The notes: generated by a model not told the origin, from the sequence alone. A DNA stretch of 62,161 bases, filler included, from Basidiobolus ranarum (GCA_040143965.1; 2 parts of 2 records of this genome joined end to end with filler, not necessarily neighbours in it), one strand, 5' to 3'. Counted from the whole stretch's first letter, positions 25,271 through 38,565 are shown. Numbers and translations are program-made.

Positions 25271-26233
25271 CTAATCTCCTCCACCTTTCTTACTTTTCTT
25301 ACCCCCACTACAACCAGTAATATTTTTGGTGGGATCTTCATTTCCAGAAATATTAGTTGTGTATGCTTTCAGACGTATAGGCGGGTTTAAGTCAAAGTTT
25401 CCCGTCTTCAAGATATCCATGAGATCACTTGTTCTATCAGCTGAGGCTGGCCATACTTTATCTTTGGTACAGCAGAGTACTATCCAGCGAGCTTTTATGA
25501 AGTCTTCAAGATATTGAGCTTCTGTCCGACCATTTGGGGCTCCAACCAGATTCAAGATAGTGAGCAGACTGACACCATCGTCTTCCTCCCACCCATGCTG
25601 AACTGCAGTATCATACATAATGGCTCTTCCAAGATTAGTTCGGACTCCCGCTGCATCACCTAGTTGAAGTCCCGGAATAAGATACAATTGATCAGCAACT
25701 TTATCTTGTACTGCTCTAAACTCTGGATCGGAGCAACTAACTTTAGACCAAGCCTCCATAAAGCCTCCAAGCTTATTAGTATTATCCCGGCCATTGGTAT
25801 CCCAATCTAGCTTACTGATGCGAGTCAGCTCAGGTATAAACTTGGCCAGCTCAGAGCCAGGCTTAAGTTTATCATATGCGACAATCACGGCCAACGCATC
25901 ATTTGTTCCGGTGGTGAAACCGACCAGACCACAAGTAAACCCACGACCATCACCAAGTTTTTCGCAAGTGGCATAACCGAAGGTGGTTGATCCGTATTCA
26001 AATACATTAGTTATCAATTTAGCCATGAGTTTAGGTTTAGGTTCCAAGTCTATTATGGGTAGTTGTTTAATTCTCTTCTCATAATTTCGATTGTTCTGCG
26101 GGTATTTACGAAGAAACTGACAATGTGGACCAGTTATTGCGTATTGACTCTTGCAGTAAGTGAATTTCTCCCCCACTGTATTTGTGATGAATAACATTAA
26201 GGTTGCTACTCCTATCGTAACGCACAAATACAT
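25271..26233 (-). CDS. Secreted GH46 chitosanase
   Basis: Signal peptide; GH46 signature 'NVFEYGST...LGDGRGFTCGLVGFTTGT' (catalytic Glu/Asp), 'FRAVQD', 'YDTAVQHG', 'YL..FI.AR'; intronless. Confidence 0.9.
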   Translation of the reverse strand: MYLCVTIGVATLMLFITNTVGEKFTYCKSQYAITGPHCQFLRKYPQNNRNYEKRIKQLPIIDLEPKPKLMAKLITNVFEYGSTTFGYATCEKLGDGRGFTCGLVGFTTGTNDALAVIVAYDKLKPGSELAKFIPELTRISKLDWDTNGRDNTNKLGGFMEAWSKVSCSDPEFRAVQDKVADQLYLIPGLQLGDAAGVRTNLGRAIMYDTAVQHGWEEDDGVSLLTILNLVGAPNGRTEAQYLEDFIKARWIVLCCTKDKVWPASADRTSDLMDILKTGNFDLNPPIRLKAYTTNISGNEDPTKNITGCSGGKKSKKGGGD

Positions 26234-26986
26234 TTTCTTGACAAAGAAGCAAACGGAATGGAATGCGAGTCGAATTGAACAGAATTGGACTGTCAACTTT
26301 TGCTACTTGGTTGTATTAAATACTTACCCAGTTCAAGCAATGGTTGACAGAACAAGGTCATTAAGATCAGAGGAAGAGATTGGACAAGAAATTCCAATTT
26401 ACTTCACTAACTCTCCCTATTTTCTTGACGAATCTTTGCTCTTTCCTGACTACAGACTCATTCTCTATACGGTACCCCATCCACGGAAAAATTAAGATGT
26501 GAATCTGAGGGGTGTGATGACATCGCTTAAGACCAAAGTTGCTACCGTTCTTAATGAAATGTCTTTTCAAAGGGACTGAACATTCATATAAAAAGCAGGG
26601 AACGGAGCTGAAACCGGTTCATTTTACATCTGGGTTGGAGCAGTAACCCAATATTGCGGTTCAAATGAGTAGTTCAAGAGCAAATAGTAGTAAAAGTCAT
26701 GTCAAATGGGGGATTCAACTGGGAGTTTATAACCGCATCACCAACAATCACCAACCAACCATTCTGTCAGATCTGCAACAAACCAACTATTCTGTCAGAT
26801 CATGGCAATGATTTTATTAACTAATTTGGTCATAAAAGTAAGGACTGTAAATTCCTAAAATGGGAATCATTTGTTGTTTTTGTTTTTTAAGGAGCTAGTT
26901 ATATCCACAAATCAAGTGAAATATTTACTTGAAGACTGTCATTTGGAATCCATATCTCCCTTTAGCTATAACTAAGCAATAACTCG

Positions 26987-28560
26987 ATGTACCACCAACC
27001 CTCGCTAGTGTCTAAAGTAGAAGTACAACAACCAACCATGTCTGAAATCTCCTATTACTCACCTACAACCTTATCTTATCAAACCGACTCTCAACTATCC
27101 TCCGAGGAAATGGAAGTCGAGTATATGCCAAGTTTAGAAGACTTTGATGGTTCTGAACAGTATCCACCTTCAGACGAAGAAGGGAGCCATAACTCTAGCG
27201 AAGAATATGAAATTGAAGAAGATGAAGTACTAAGGCAGGAAGAAATAATATCATATACATTGTTCAGTGAGCGTGAAGAATCCTTCAACCATACGCCCGT
27301 CTCGATTACTAGAAAATACTTTGACACACCAAAACGTTCACTGTCCTCTACCCCAACACCTTGTTTCAGTACTCAATTTATGCAGTATTCTAACTCAAGG
27401 ATACCTAGCAATATGCAAGCTCCATCTAGTTTAAAACCAACCTCACTTACATCCAATAGAGCAACGGACCTTCATGATTCAGAATTATCTCTTGATATTG
27501 TGAAAGGTAACTACAGTAGTAGACGTCAATCTGACACCTCCCTAACAGATGAAATCTATCTATCGGACACTCAAGAGAGAATTCATGATGAGCCAAAGTT
27601 TAGTGAAAGAGATATCACGAATCTGAAGATGAATCTTGTGATGGATGCAGATGCGGAAGTTGAAGAATGTCGTATTCAAGTTGAACAAGCATTAAAAGAG
27701 CGTAAAGAAATGGAACAGGATGTTTCTCTAGCGGAGGCAGAAACCAATTCTTTACGTGTAAAACTTGAATCTTTACGGAACAACCATCCAAGAATGGCTA
27801 CTTCTAATATAGAGTTAAGGAAGAAGTTGATCTATTTACGAAACGAATTAAACCGACGGGATACTGAACTCGAATGGTACATGACAGAAAAAGAGAAATA
27901 CACTAATACTCGTCAGAAGTTAGACATCTCTTTAAAAGCTGAATCAGAACATGTGGAAGCAATTCAAGAACAGATGAAGAATGATAACGAAAAGTTCATG
28001 GCTGAGATATCCATGTGTGGAATGGAAGAGAAATCTCTACGAAAATCGATTGACGGGTCTAGGCTTGAAGCTGAAAGAGCTAGATCGCTTTTTGGTGAAT
28101 TAAAAACAAGATATGATGAACTCAAACGAATTATGGAAAATACTAGAAAGGTTTGCCATGCTATTTAATGGATTCTTTGTTTCAACGTAATAATTCGAAT
28201 GCCCTTATGAATTAGAAAGAAAGTACTCTGATAAAGGCTGTCAAGGAACTTCAAAAAGATGTGATATCTACAGAAGAAGAAGTAGAGCTATACCGAGAAC
28301 AGCAAAACCAGCTAAATGACAGGTAAAAGCACTTCTCTATAACTTGTGCCACATTAATGATGCTAGCTGACATTATAAAATCCAGTGTTGATATGCGTGT
28401 GGCGGAAGAACGCTCTAAATACGAAAGCGATGTCATGGAGTACAAGGCTCGACTCCAATCTACTAAAGAAGAAGCCCTAACCATGAGGGAAAGATTTAAC
28501 TCCATGATTAGCCAACTCAATATTGTAATCGAAAGTGAAGAAAATGAATTTGGGATGTAA
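26987..28560 (+). CDS. Hypothetical protein: acidic/Ser-rich N-half plus C-terminal coiled coil (3 exons)
   Basis: 393-aa ORF continuing through GT-AG introns near 28151 and 28323; heptad E/K/L pattern. Confidence 0.7.
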
Positions 28561-28782
28561 AGGATATGAATCACATTTTCGGTTATAATATATTCGACTT
28601 GGACATACATTCTCTGCTACAATTATTCATTCATTAAATATTTATTTCTTCTGGCATTTGACTCATTCACGCTGAATCTACACAAGCTTACATTCATGTG
28701 ACTATATGTTCAATGAAGGTTAGAGTAGACCTACAACTTTCTGGTTTTACAAAAATCGCAAGCACGAAGCCCAAGTTAATCA

Positions 28783-30273
28783 CTATCTACGCTTAGGGAA
28801 AATGCGAATGAACAAGAACATGAATATGAAAGTTAAGCAGACCAGTGCTACCACACCCCAAGTTATCCAGGTTGTCTTCGAAGAGCGTTTTGTAAATTGG
28901 GTCAAGCGGCCACTTTCTTTCTTCAATCGATCAAGATTCCCAGTTAATGCACCGTGTGCATCATCCAAAACCTATTCCCATTGCAATTACATTAAACACT
29001 AGATATAGGCAACGATGCTTATCATAAACGATGTACCTTTTCGTCACGTTTAAGAATGTCTCCAAAAGACATGGAGTTGTTCTTCAAGATTTCAGCCATT
29101 CGAACCAGATCATTTGTCAATTCCTCTTGTGCATGTCGATGATGCTCTAACAATGTCTCGGCGCTCTCGACTGGGTCTTCTTCACGATTGGGCCCTCTAA
29201 TATGTGATTTTTTAGTGGATTGAAATACTATCGGACATACATTGGTGGACTATTATCATTACCTTCGCTGTCTTACTCCTGAATTTGAATCGAATAAATC
29301 TAGTATTTTCAGAATAAAAGATAAACAACATCATTTCCATTAATAAGTGCAAATAAAGTCACGAAGAATTGAATAAAGATACCTGAACGTCTTTCTTCCA
29401 ATGTTCTACTTTCTCCATCCTGAATCTCACGTCTATCGGGTAACTAGAAATATTTTTGATTAACATAATAAATGGGGAACTTTAGATTTTAAAGTTACTT
29501 ACTTCCAATAATTCATTTTTCATTTCCCGCTCAGCCATTCGAGCGATTTTTCTCTCTACTCCATTCTCTAAATTTCTGGCATGTTGGGATTCATGTGGTT
29601 GTTTTGATAAACGTATTTGTGAAAGACCCTTCTCAACTGGAGATATCTACAAGTTGATATAAAGTTTAAGATATGAATAAAGTATTGTCTATTATAAGGT
29701 TATAAATACCAGCTTATTTTCGTCCACAATATTGCTTAATATTGTAATTTTGCGTGAATATTCATTGATTGTTGAGATGGAGGTTTTACTGAGAAATGAA
29801 AATGAATATTTAATGCACCACAATACCATAAATATAATTGCACGCTTACTTGTCCTTTCGTACTTCTTCCAAGAGTTGATTTAGGTAAGTTAAATTCTAA
29901 TGGAATTCAGGGATTTTCAGTAAAACGTACGTAATTCAAGGTTAAGAATTAAGAAAATGGTGATCGCACTATTCAACAACATAAGAAAGTACACTAAAGC
30001 AATCCATTGGGAGTCACAATCAAGTACATTGACCAAATAAACTAGTCGGTAGTATATGAAAAAGCGAAATCAATAGAAGATTTACTGATAATTCCGAAAT
30101 CTTTACAAAGATGTCCAAAGATCGTTACTTACCGCTACGAGTTTACTTTTGATTTCAGTGTTGGACAACTCTTTCATGTTGGTAAGCTGTAATTGCGTTT
30201 CACATTTGTTTAATAATCTGCGTAGATTAACCTCAGAGTTTGGTTTTAAAGAATATGCTCTATCTTCTGTCAT
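28783..30273 (-). CDS. USE1: ER SNARE Use1 (multi-exon)
   Basis: N-terminal 'SEVNLRRLLNKCE'; SNARE motif 'HHRHAQEELTNDLVRMAEILKNNSMSFGDILKRDEK'; C-terminal TM '...FIRIFPK'. Confidence 0.88.
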
Positions 30274-30686
30274 GTTGATGTTGACAAGGTAAACTGTCGA
30301 AAAAGTGTGGCGAAGTGTTCGTAAATGCAGGTATGTTAAACAAGGAACGTAAGTAAATATTGATTCGATTTAAATTTTCATATGCTATTAAAATAACTTG
30401 TCAAAATTTATTGACGACTAGAAGATAAAAATCCAGTCACAATGTCGTATTCATTGCAATAAACACCCTAAATCATATAATGTTGATAGATTACAGTTTA
30501 TTTTTGACTGTCCATTTTTGTAGGAGATGCACAGATATCTCATAAATATTTACTAAAGAATGAATAGTACATGGCGGGCAATATTATTAACAGAGCATTA
30601 ATATAACCTAGTGAACAAGAGTGAAATGCCTGAGTGAAGATGAAATGGGGATGAGGCTATAGGCAATAGGATGCCAATGACTGTGA

Positions 30687-31068
30687 CTAGTACACTTCAA
30701 CCGTTACTTTTTCATTGTTACGACCTTGTCGAAGAAGGCTAATAGCACCAATAGCACGAACGACAGTACGAACTTTCTCAGTGTTTATGGCAACACGAGT
30801 AAGAAGTTCCTTTTGCACCTTACGTTCAGCAAGTTTTCTACGACGAGCAGAAGTTGGCCACAATCTAGCAGTAAGTTCAAACGACCAGATACGGAACATG
30901 AATACTTTGACAAAATCGAGAACAATGAAGTATCCAAGCGAAATTCCGATGATAGCAAAGCCCCAACCCCAACCGATAGCATGAGTAAGACCTGGTACAC
31001 CAAAGACTGAGATCAACATAGCGAACACTTGAGTACCAAGAATGGCGATGGTGAAAGTCCATGATGGA
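30687..31068 (-). CDS. PMA1: Plasma-membrane H+-ATPase (P3A), 3' end only; truncated by the gap
   Basis: 'PSWTFTIAILGTQVFAMLISVFG...IGWGWG...YFIVLDFVK' matches the last two TM helices of P3A ATPases. Confidence 0.8.
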
Positions 31069-31168
31069 NNNNNNNNNNNNNNNNNNNNNNNNNNNNNNNN
31101 NNNNNNNNNNNNTTAATTAATTAANNNNNNNNNNNNNNNNNNNNNNNNNNNNNNNNNNNNNNNNNNNN
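31069..31168. other. Artificial assembly spacer (44 N + TTAATTAATTAA + 44 N)
   Basis: Six-frame-stop linker centred in exactly 100 bp. Confidence 0.95.
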
Positions 31169-32057
31169 CTTTATAGGAAGGTTTCCCATAGCCTATTAAA
31201 GCATTTTCTTCATTCTTTTGGTTGAGTCCTGATTTGCATAAATCTTCATCCAGAAGTCTGCCAAATACATAATTTAAGGTCAAATTTTCAGTTCTTGATT
31301 CTAGAGCCATTACTAGGCTCTGAAACTTGTGTGGCAGGCTATTCAGGACTGTAACTATGATATCTTGATCAGTGGTAGGTACTCCAATGCATTCCATTTC
31401 ATCCACTAAAATAGTGACTCTATTAATTAGTGATTTAATGTCTTCTCCTGGCTTCATCTTTAAGTTAAAGAATTGTCTTCTTAGAAACATCTTGTTGGCA
31501 GCAGAACTTGTTTGGTAGGTGTCTTCCAAGGCTTTCCATACCTTCTTGGCAGTTTTAGCTCTTGAACATTGAATTAGCAATTTGTCTTTAACATTAAGAC
31601 AAATTGTGTTAAAGGCACTTTGTTCTTTTTTAACCTGTAGTAGAGCTTTGGTTTCAGATAGTTTTGCATTGTTATCTTCTCCTACAACAGTGTCCCAAAG
31701 TCAATTTTCTTGCAGCAGCATTTTCATTGTAATTTTCCAAACTTGATAATTGGTTCCATCCAATTTTTCAGAAGAGGGAAAAGTTCCATAAATTTGAGAA
31801 GTAGACATTACAGAGAGTGCAAGCTTGGGGCTCATAACCTGTTAAAGTGGGTGGAAGCCTGTTGCAAGTAGTTTAGAGAATTAGAGAAATTGGTGGTTTA
31901 CACTTTTTGATTTATTGAGTAGAAAGATGATATCTATAGTTTTGTCAAGAGGTAAAAAAACTAACATGTAGAATGTGTTCCTAATACTTTAAAAAGCATA
32001 GCCTAAACAGTTATAGAGTCAGATATAGCTTAGTATTTGGCTATTCCATATTTCACA
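31169..32057 (-). mobile_element. Ty1/copia LTR retrotransposon, 5' end: LTR (~31840-32057), PBS (31828-31839), gag (31808 to the gap) with an in-frame stop
   Basis: Gag 'EKLDGTNYQVWK..M..LL...LW', 'KTAKKVWKALE', UBN2-type 'LRRQFFNLKM', 'VLNSLP..FQSLV.ALE'; PBS GGTTATGAGCCC right after the LTR end ...TTTAACA; LTR start TGTGAAA is a near inverted repeat of the end; TGA at 31701-31703. Confidence 0.9.
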
Positions 32058-32954
32058 AAAGCATCACCTCAAGAGCAATTTACTTGGAAGCTTGGAGATA
32101 TATAGATTTTTCAAACGCGTCCTAGGAGCCCCAAACTTTGCACACATGTTCCTGAGACCTTCCTTACCATATTCTACACGCTTTTTTGCTTACATTTTGA
32201 CAAAACTATATATGTCAACTTTCCGCTCAATAAATTAATAAGTAGAAACCACCAATTTTTCTAGTTCTCCAAACTACCTCCAAGAAACTCCCAAAATACC
32301 TCAACAACTTCTAATATTTCAGCTTGGCAAATACAAGCTTAAGTATATAAAATAATAGATTTTTGTCTTTACAGAAGCTAAAACAGTACAATTCTTTCAG
32401 AGTATATGCATTAACTTAGGATTGCGGAATCGTAACAAATTCAAAGTTAATGAATATATTGTTATGATTGATAGTTATGGTTTTACTGTTGACACGTATA
32501 TTGTTATTATTTTTACATGTGTAGCAGTTCTTCTAAATCTAATCTTATCCTATGTCAGGCTTAGTCTGCTAAATATATTTCCATGTATCAACCGTTCTCT
32601 TACTAATGGTGATTTATAAGCAGCCTCAACGCAGCCTTAAATTCTACACGTATACTTGGATCAATGCAAACCAATGTAGTAGTATGCTACAATATTACTA
32701 ATAGAGTGATGCCTGAAAAGAAATCTAAATTGCTTTGTTAATCAAAAATAGAGTTTATGGTACTAGTTGGGTAACGATATCCCAAAAAGTGAATAGAAGT
32801 GAAAATCAAAACTACCTTAACAAGCAAGAGATATGTAATAGCAATCCCAAGTAAAATCGATTCCCACTCACGTGATAGATTAATTTGTTCGATGTCTGCG
32901 GAATTGTACAAAGTATAGAAGGAGTTGTTACCTCAGAGTGAAAATTTCTATATC

Positions 32955-34486
32955 ATGCAGGCCCTCCGTTTAACTCAGAATTTAGGACCGTTACGTTCAC
33001 CTTTTGCGAAAGGATGTTCGAAAACCCTGAAAAATTTTAGAAATATTTCAGTCAAGTCCGCCGTAAATAGAAGCTCCAAAGCTGAGATTACTGAGCTAAA
33101 GAATGGAATTCGAGTTGCAACTGAAAATACACCCGGACATTTCTCAGCTGTCGGTGTTTATGTAGATGCCGGTTCACGCTATGAGAACGAGGAAACTCGA
33201 GGTGTAAGTCACATATTGGATCGGATTGCTTTCAAGGTTAGCAGATTTTTCAAAAGTTTAATACCTCGATGTGAGTAGCTTCTTAATTCCTCTTTTTATA
33301 GAGTACTACTGGTAAAAGTACGGAAGAAATCACTTCTGAACTAGAAGCTTTGGGAGGGAATGTTATGTGCTCCAGTTCACGTGAATGTATGATGTATCAA
33401 GCCTCAATCTTTAATCAAGATCTCGAACGTGTTGTATCCTTGTTTGCCGATGTAGTCCAGAACCCTGCCATTAATCCTGCAGAACTTGATGAACAACGCC
33501 AGTCGACATTTTATGAAATCTCGGATATCTGGTCTAAACCTGAAGCTATTTTACCTGAATTACTTCACATGACTGCATACAAAAACAACACTTTAGGTAA
33601 TCCTTTACTTTGCCCTGAAGCAAATCTTACCTCCATTACACCCGAAATCGTGAAGAAGTACTTAAAGCAATGGTATACCCCTGAGCGTATTGTTATTGCT
33701 GCTGCTGGTGCCCCTCATGATGAAGTTTGTCGTTTGGCAGAAAAATACTTTGGAAATATGGAGAAGAGAGAAGCTGAGGCTCCTTCTAAGCTTTCAAACT
33801 TATTCAGCAAGAAATCACCTGCTAATGAGAAAGCAAAATACACTGGAGGCACTCTCATGCGCGAGAATCCCGATTTACCATTCACCAATGTTTACCTTGG
33901 TTTTGAGGGAGTGTCTATCCACGATCCTGATGTCTACCCCTTGGCCACCCTCCAGATTCTTATGGGAGGAGGTAGCTCTTTCTCTGCCGGTGGACCCGGT
34001 AAAGGAATGTATTCACGATTCTACACGAACATCCTAAACCAGCACTATTGGGTTGAGTCTTGCCAGTCCTTTAATCACTGCTACACTGACTCCGGACTCT
34101 TTGGGGTTGCCGCCTCATGCCGTCCAGAATACAATCAGCATTTGATCTACTTTGTTGGACAAGAGCTTGATCTTATCACTCGCACAGGACGCGGTGGTAT
34201 TACAGAAGTTGAGCTTAACAGAGCCAAAAATCAACTTAAGAGCAGTTTGTTGATGAACCTCGAAAGTCGTATGATCCAGCTGGAGGACCTTGGACGCCAA
34301 GTACAAATCCGAGGTAGTAAAGTTGAAGCAGAGGAGATGTGTGATCTTATCGATCAAGTTACACTTGCTGATCTATGCCGCGTTGCTAACAGAGTCTTGA
34401 AAGATGGAAAAGGAGACATCACCTTTGTCGCAGAAGGAAATCTCACTGGACTGAACGATTATAAGAAACTTCTCAAGTTACCCTGA
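32955..34486 (+). CDS. MAS2: Mitochondrial processing peptidase alpha subunit (2 exons)
   Basis: 'NGIRVATE', 'DAGSRYE', 'SHILDRIAFK', glycine loop 'GGGSSFSAGGPGKGMYSR', 'LMNLESR'; intron ~33237-33301. Confidence 0.95.
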
Positions 34487-35160
34487 GCATCAACCAAATT
34501 AATGCATTGTATTTAGACTCATCTATCATCCAACCCTAAACAATAAAGCCCTCTTTCCATCTTACCACCTTCTAGAAAATACTATTAACCAATTCTTACT
34601 AATACACCGTTGCTCGATACGCGATAATTTGCTCAAAACTTTCCCATGGTTATGGCTATAGTTGATATTTTGTATGATGGTAGTAACCTAACCCTTGCCT
34701 CGTGATGACGTTAAGGTGATGAATTTAGGCTTAGATCACATGGTACGGATCTCACAGATGCAAAGATTTTCCCAATTCAATGTCTAAAAGCCGAATGAGA
34801 TATTGAATTCTCCGATATTTGTTTTTGTAAATCCAATCTAGTAATTATGCTGCAATATTTTCAAAACCACTAATTTAATAAGCATTTTAATCCCCATCAA
34901 TTCAAATTATCTATTTCTTACTACGGTTATCCGATTCTTCCACCAATTCGATATTTATATTCCTCTGACGTTTGCTCTACTTCTTCAAGCAACCTGGATT
35001 AGTACGAGTTTTTATTCAAGGTTGAGTTGATAGCCCACCACTTTTACCTTCTAAGCCATACTTCAATTCTATAGAAGGTAGAGGGTTATAGATAAAATAA
35101 CAACAGAACAACAAGTTACTCTACTCACTCTCTTACGAGGTCGTTTTAGAGTTCTTCTTT

Positions 35161-38100
35161 ATGACTACCGTGGCTAAAGGCTTCACGGCCATTTTTGAGG
35201 GTTTCTCAACTTTGGGCTTGAGGCGGGCCATACCCAAAGCAAACCCAAGCTTAATCTTGCGCCAGATCTCCACTAATGCTCGCCCCTTAACTCGTAGATT
35301 ACCTGACCCATCAGGCGTCAATACGACTGGACTGGTTTCTTGTCTCCCGAATACTTCGTTTGCTCTGGCCAGGCCCTCATTTCAAACCAATAGTTTGAAT
35401 TCTTTCACGCATATGCAAACTCAAAGCTTCTTCACTAGAGCCGCTGTTTTGAAAGCTAAAAAGTCTTCTGAAAAAGGTGAAGCTGGTGATAAAAAAACTA
35501 AACAAGACTCTTCCAACGGAGAAAGTGGTCCCAAGAATAACGACGGTAATAATGGCAACGGAAAAACTAACAACAACGGTAATAACAATAATGGTAAAGG
35601 TGATAACGGCAACAATGGCAATGGCAAAAGTGATAACGGTAACACTGGCAATGGTAAAGGTGGTAACGGAAACAACGGTGAAGACGGTAAAGGCAAAAAT
35701 CCCTTTGAAGCAATTCGTAAGGTCATAGATATTGCGGAAAATACCCTTCAAAAACCCTCCATCCCTGAAAATTACCCACAAGTTTTGGCATTACCTATCA
35801 CACGACGCCCACTATTTCCCGGTTTCTATAAGGCTGTTTCTATTAAGGACCCCAATGTTACCAATGCTATTCGTGAACTCATGAAACGTAATCAACCGTA
35901 TGTCGGAGCTTTTCTACTAAAGGATGATAACAAAGATGTTGACATAGTGAACGATATTTCTGAGATTCATAAAGTCGGTGTATTTGCTCAAATTACTAGT
36001 ATTTATCCTACAAATGGGCAAGATGGTGATTCTCTTACTGCCGTACTCTATCCACACAGACGTATCCGGGTAACCGAGCTCATACCTCCTAAAGCGGCTG
36101 ATGCTAGTATTCCTGCTATTGCAACAATTACCGAAGAAAATGGTGAAAAAGAGAACGATAGTACCTTGAAGACCGAACATTCCGATGCCCAATCTGAAAA
36201 CACTTTGAATGAGGCAGGTACCAAGGGTGAACTCGGGTCATTGGATACTGAGACTACCGACAATGGGGAGTTTTATGCCACCGCTTTCTTACGTGATCAT
36301 TCCGTCTCTTTAGCTAATGTTGACACTCTACATGATGAACCTTATAGCAAGAATAACCAGGTTGTTCGTGCTATCACCTCCGAAATTGTTGCCGTTTTCC
36401 AAGAACTTGCCACTCTCAATCCACTTTTCCGTGATCATATTGTGAACTTTTCCATGTCTCAAAACCCAGGAAACCTATTCGATGATCCAGCCAAAATCTC
36501 GGATTTTGCCGCGGCCGTCTCTGGCGGAGAATCTGATGAATTACAAAGTGTACTCGAATGTCTAACGGTTGAAGAACGTCTTCAAAAATCTTTGGAGGTT
36601 TTAAAGAAGGAGCTGATTAATGCACAACTTCAAAACAAAATTAGCAAGGAAGTCGATTCTAAAATTGCAAAGCGTCAACGTGAATACTATTTAATGGAAC
36701 AATTGAAAGGAATCAAAAAGGAACTTGGCATGGATTCTGATGGCAAGGACAAATTGGTTGAAAAGTTCAAAGAACGTGCATCCAAGTTATTAATGCCTGA
36801 AGCGGTCACTAAAGTTGTTGAAGAGGAATTGAACAAATTGGCCCATCTGGAACCTGCAGCCTCGGAATTTAACGTTACCAGAAACTATCTTGATTGGCTT
36901 ACATTAATTCCTTGGGGATTAAGAACCAGAGAAAATTATAACATCGAAAATGCTATGAAGGTTTTGGACGAAGATCACTACGGATTAAAGGATGTAAAAG
37001 AACGAATTCTGGAATTTATTGCTGTTGGCAAGCTTCGTGGCACCGTTGAGGGAAAGATCATTTGTCTTGCTGGACCACCAGGTGTAGGTAAAACTTCCAT
37101 CGGTAAGTCCATTGCCCGTGCGCTGAATCGTGAATTCTATCGATTCAGTGTAGGCGGATTGACCGATGTTGCCGAAGTTAAAGGACATAGACGTACGTAT
37201 GTAGGAGCAATGCCCGGAAAAGTTATTCAAGCTTTGAAAAAGGTTCAGACAGAAAATCCCTTGATTTTAATCGATGAAGTAGACAAGATCGGACGCGGAC
37301 ATCAGGGTGACCCATCTTCAGCCCTTCTAGAATTGTTAGACCCAGAGCAAAACTCATCTTTCTTGGATCATTATATGGATATACCGGTGGATCTTTCACG
37401 AGTATTATTTGTCTGCACGGCAAATGTTTTAGATACTATTCCCGGACCACTTCTTGATCGTATGGAAGTTATTCAACTGTCGGGCTATGTTGCAGATGAA
37501 AAGGTTGCTATCGCCGAGAAATACCTTGCTCCTAATGCCAAAGAAACCTCTGGCTTGGTTGATGCTCAAGTCAATTTGGACCCTACATGTATCGAAACAC
37601 TAATTCGCTCGTATTGCCGTGAAAGTGGCGTACGTAATCTTAAGAAGCATATTGAGAAAATCTACCGTAAAGCAGCTTTGAAGATCGTCAAAGAAATCGA
37701 TGAAAAGCATCCCGAATTGCAATCCACTCCTGAAGATGATAAAGCTGAAGCCGAAGATGGTGACAAGAGCCTGACGAAAGAAAAGCGCAAGCCTATGAAT
37801 GTGCCAAAGGATATTAAAATTGATATTACTTCCCAAAACTTGAAGGAATTTGTCGGACCTGCTGTGTTTACCAGTGATCGTTTGTATGATACTACACCTC
37901 CCGGTGTGGTTATGGGTTTGGCTTGGACTAGCATGGGTAAGTTATATTCCGTTTGTTTATCACCTCCTCAAATTAGTACTTAATTCCTTTGTATAGGTGG
38001 ATCTTCTCTTTATATTGAATCTGTTATCGACTCGGCTCTCACTGAGGATAGTAAGCCACACTTCTCCAGAACTGGACAATTGGGTGATGTGATGAAGGAG

Positions 38101-38565
38101 TCTTCTTCGATTGCTTACACTTACGCTAAGAGCTTGGTTGCTCGTCGATTTGAATCCAACAAGTTCTTTGAAAAAGCCTCGATCCATCTTCATGTACCCG
38201 AAGGAGCTACCCCTAAAGATGGACCATCCGCTGGTGTTACCATGGCTACAGCACTTCTCTCTCTCGCATTGAACAAGCCAATCTTACCTACAGTTGCTAT
38301 GACAGGTGAATTAACACTTACCGGGAAAGTATTGAAGATCGGCGGGTTGAAAGAAAAGACCATCGCTGCTAAACGAAGTGGCGTAACAAGAATTATTTTC
38401 CCCAAGGCCAATTTACCTGACTGGGAAGAGTTACCAGAGAATATTCGTGAGGGTATCGAAGGATATCCTGTTGATTGGTATGAAGAAATACCAACTCTGG
38501 TTGGTTTAGTTTCTGAGGAAGAATGGACAGGTACAAAATACCGCCGCCCTGATGTTGGACGCTGA
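35161..38565 (+). CDS. PIM1: Mitochondrial Lon protease (2 exons)
   Basis: '[10 protein letters not shown]', Walker A 'GPPGVGKTS', Walker B 'ILIDEVD', 'PKDGPSAG' (Ser) and 'GGLKEK' (Lys dyad); intron ~37938-37997. Confidence 0.97.
35535..35700 (+). repeat. Coding low-complexity Asn/Gly repeat within the Lon N-terminus
   Basis: [48 protein letters not shown]; ~10-aa unit ending NGK. Confidence 0.85.

Noticed and set aside
31113-31124. Palindromic TTAATTAATTAA as a biological site
   Set aside because: It is a standard contig-joining linker flanked by equal N runs.
30687-32057. Copia insertion disrupting the H+-ATPase gene
   Set aside because: The two are separated by an artificial spacer, and no ATPase sequence resumes beyond the LTR, so the adjacency is unproven.
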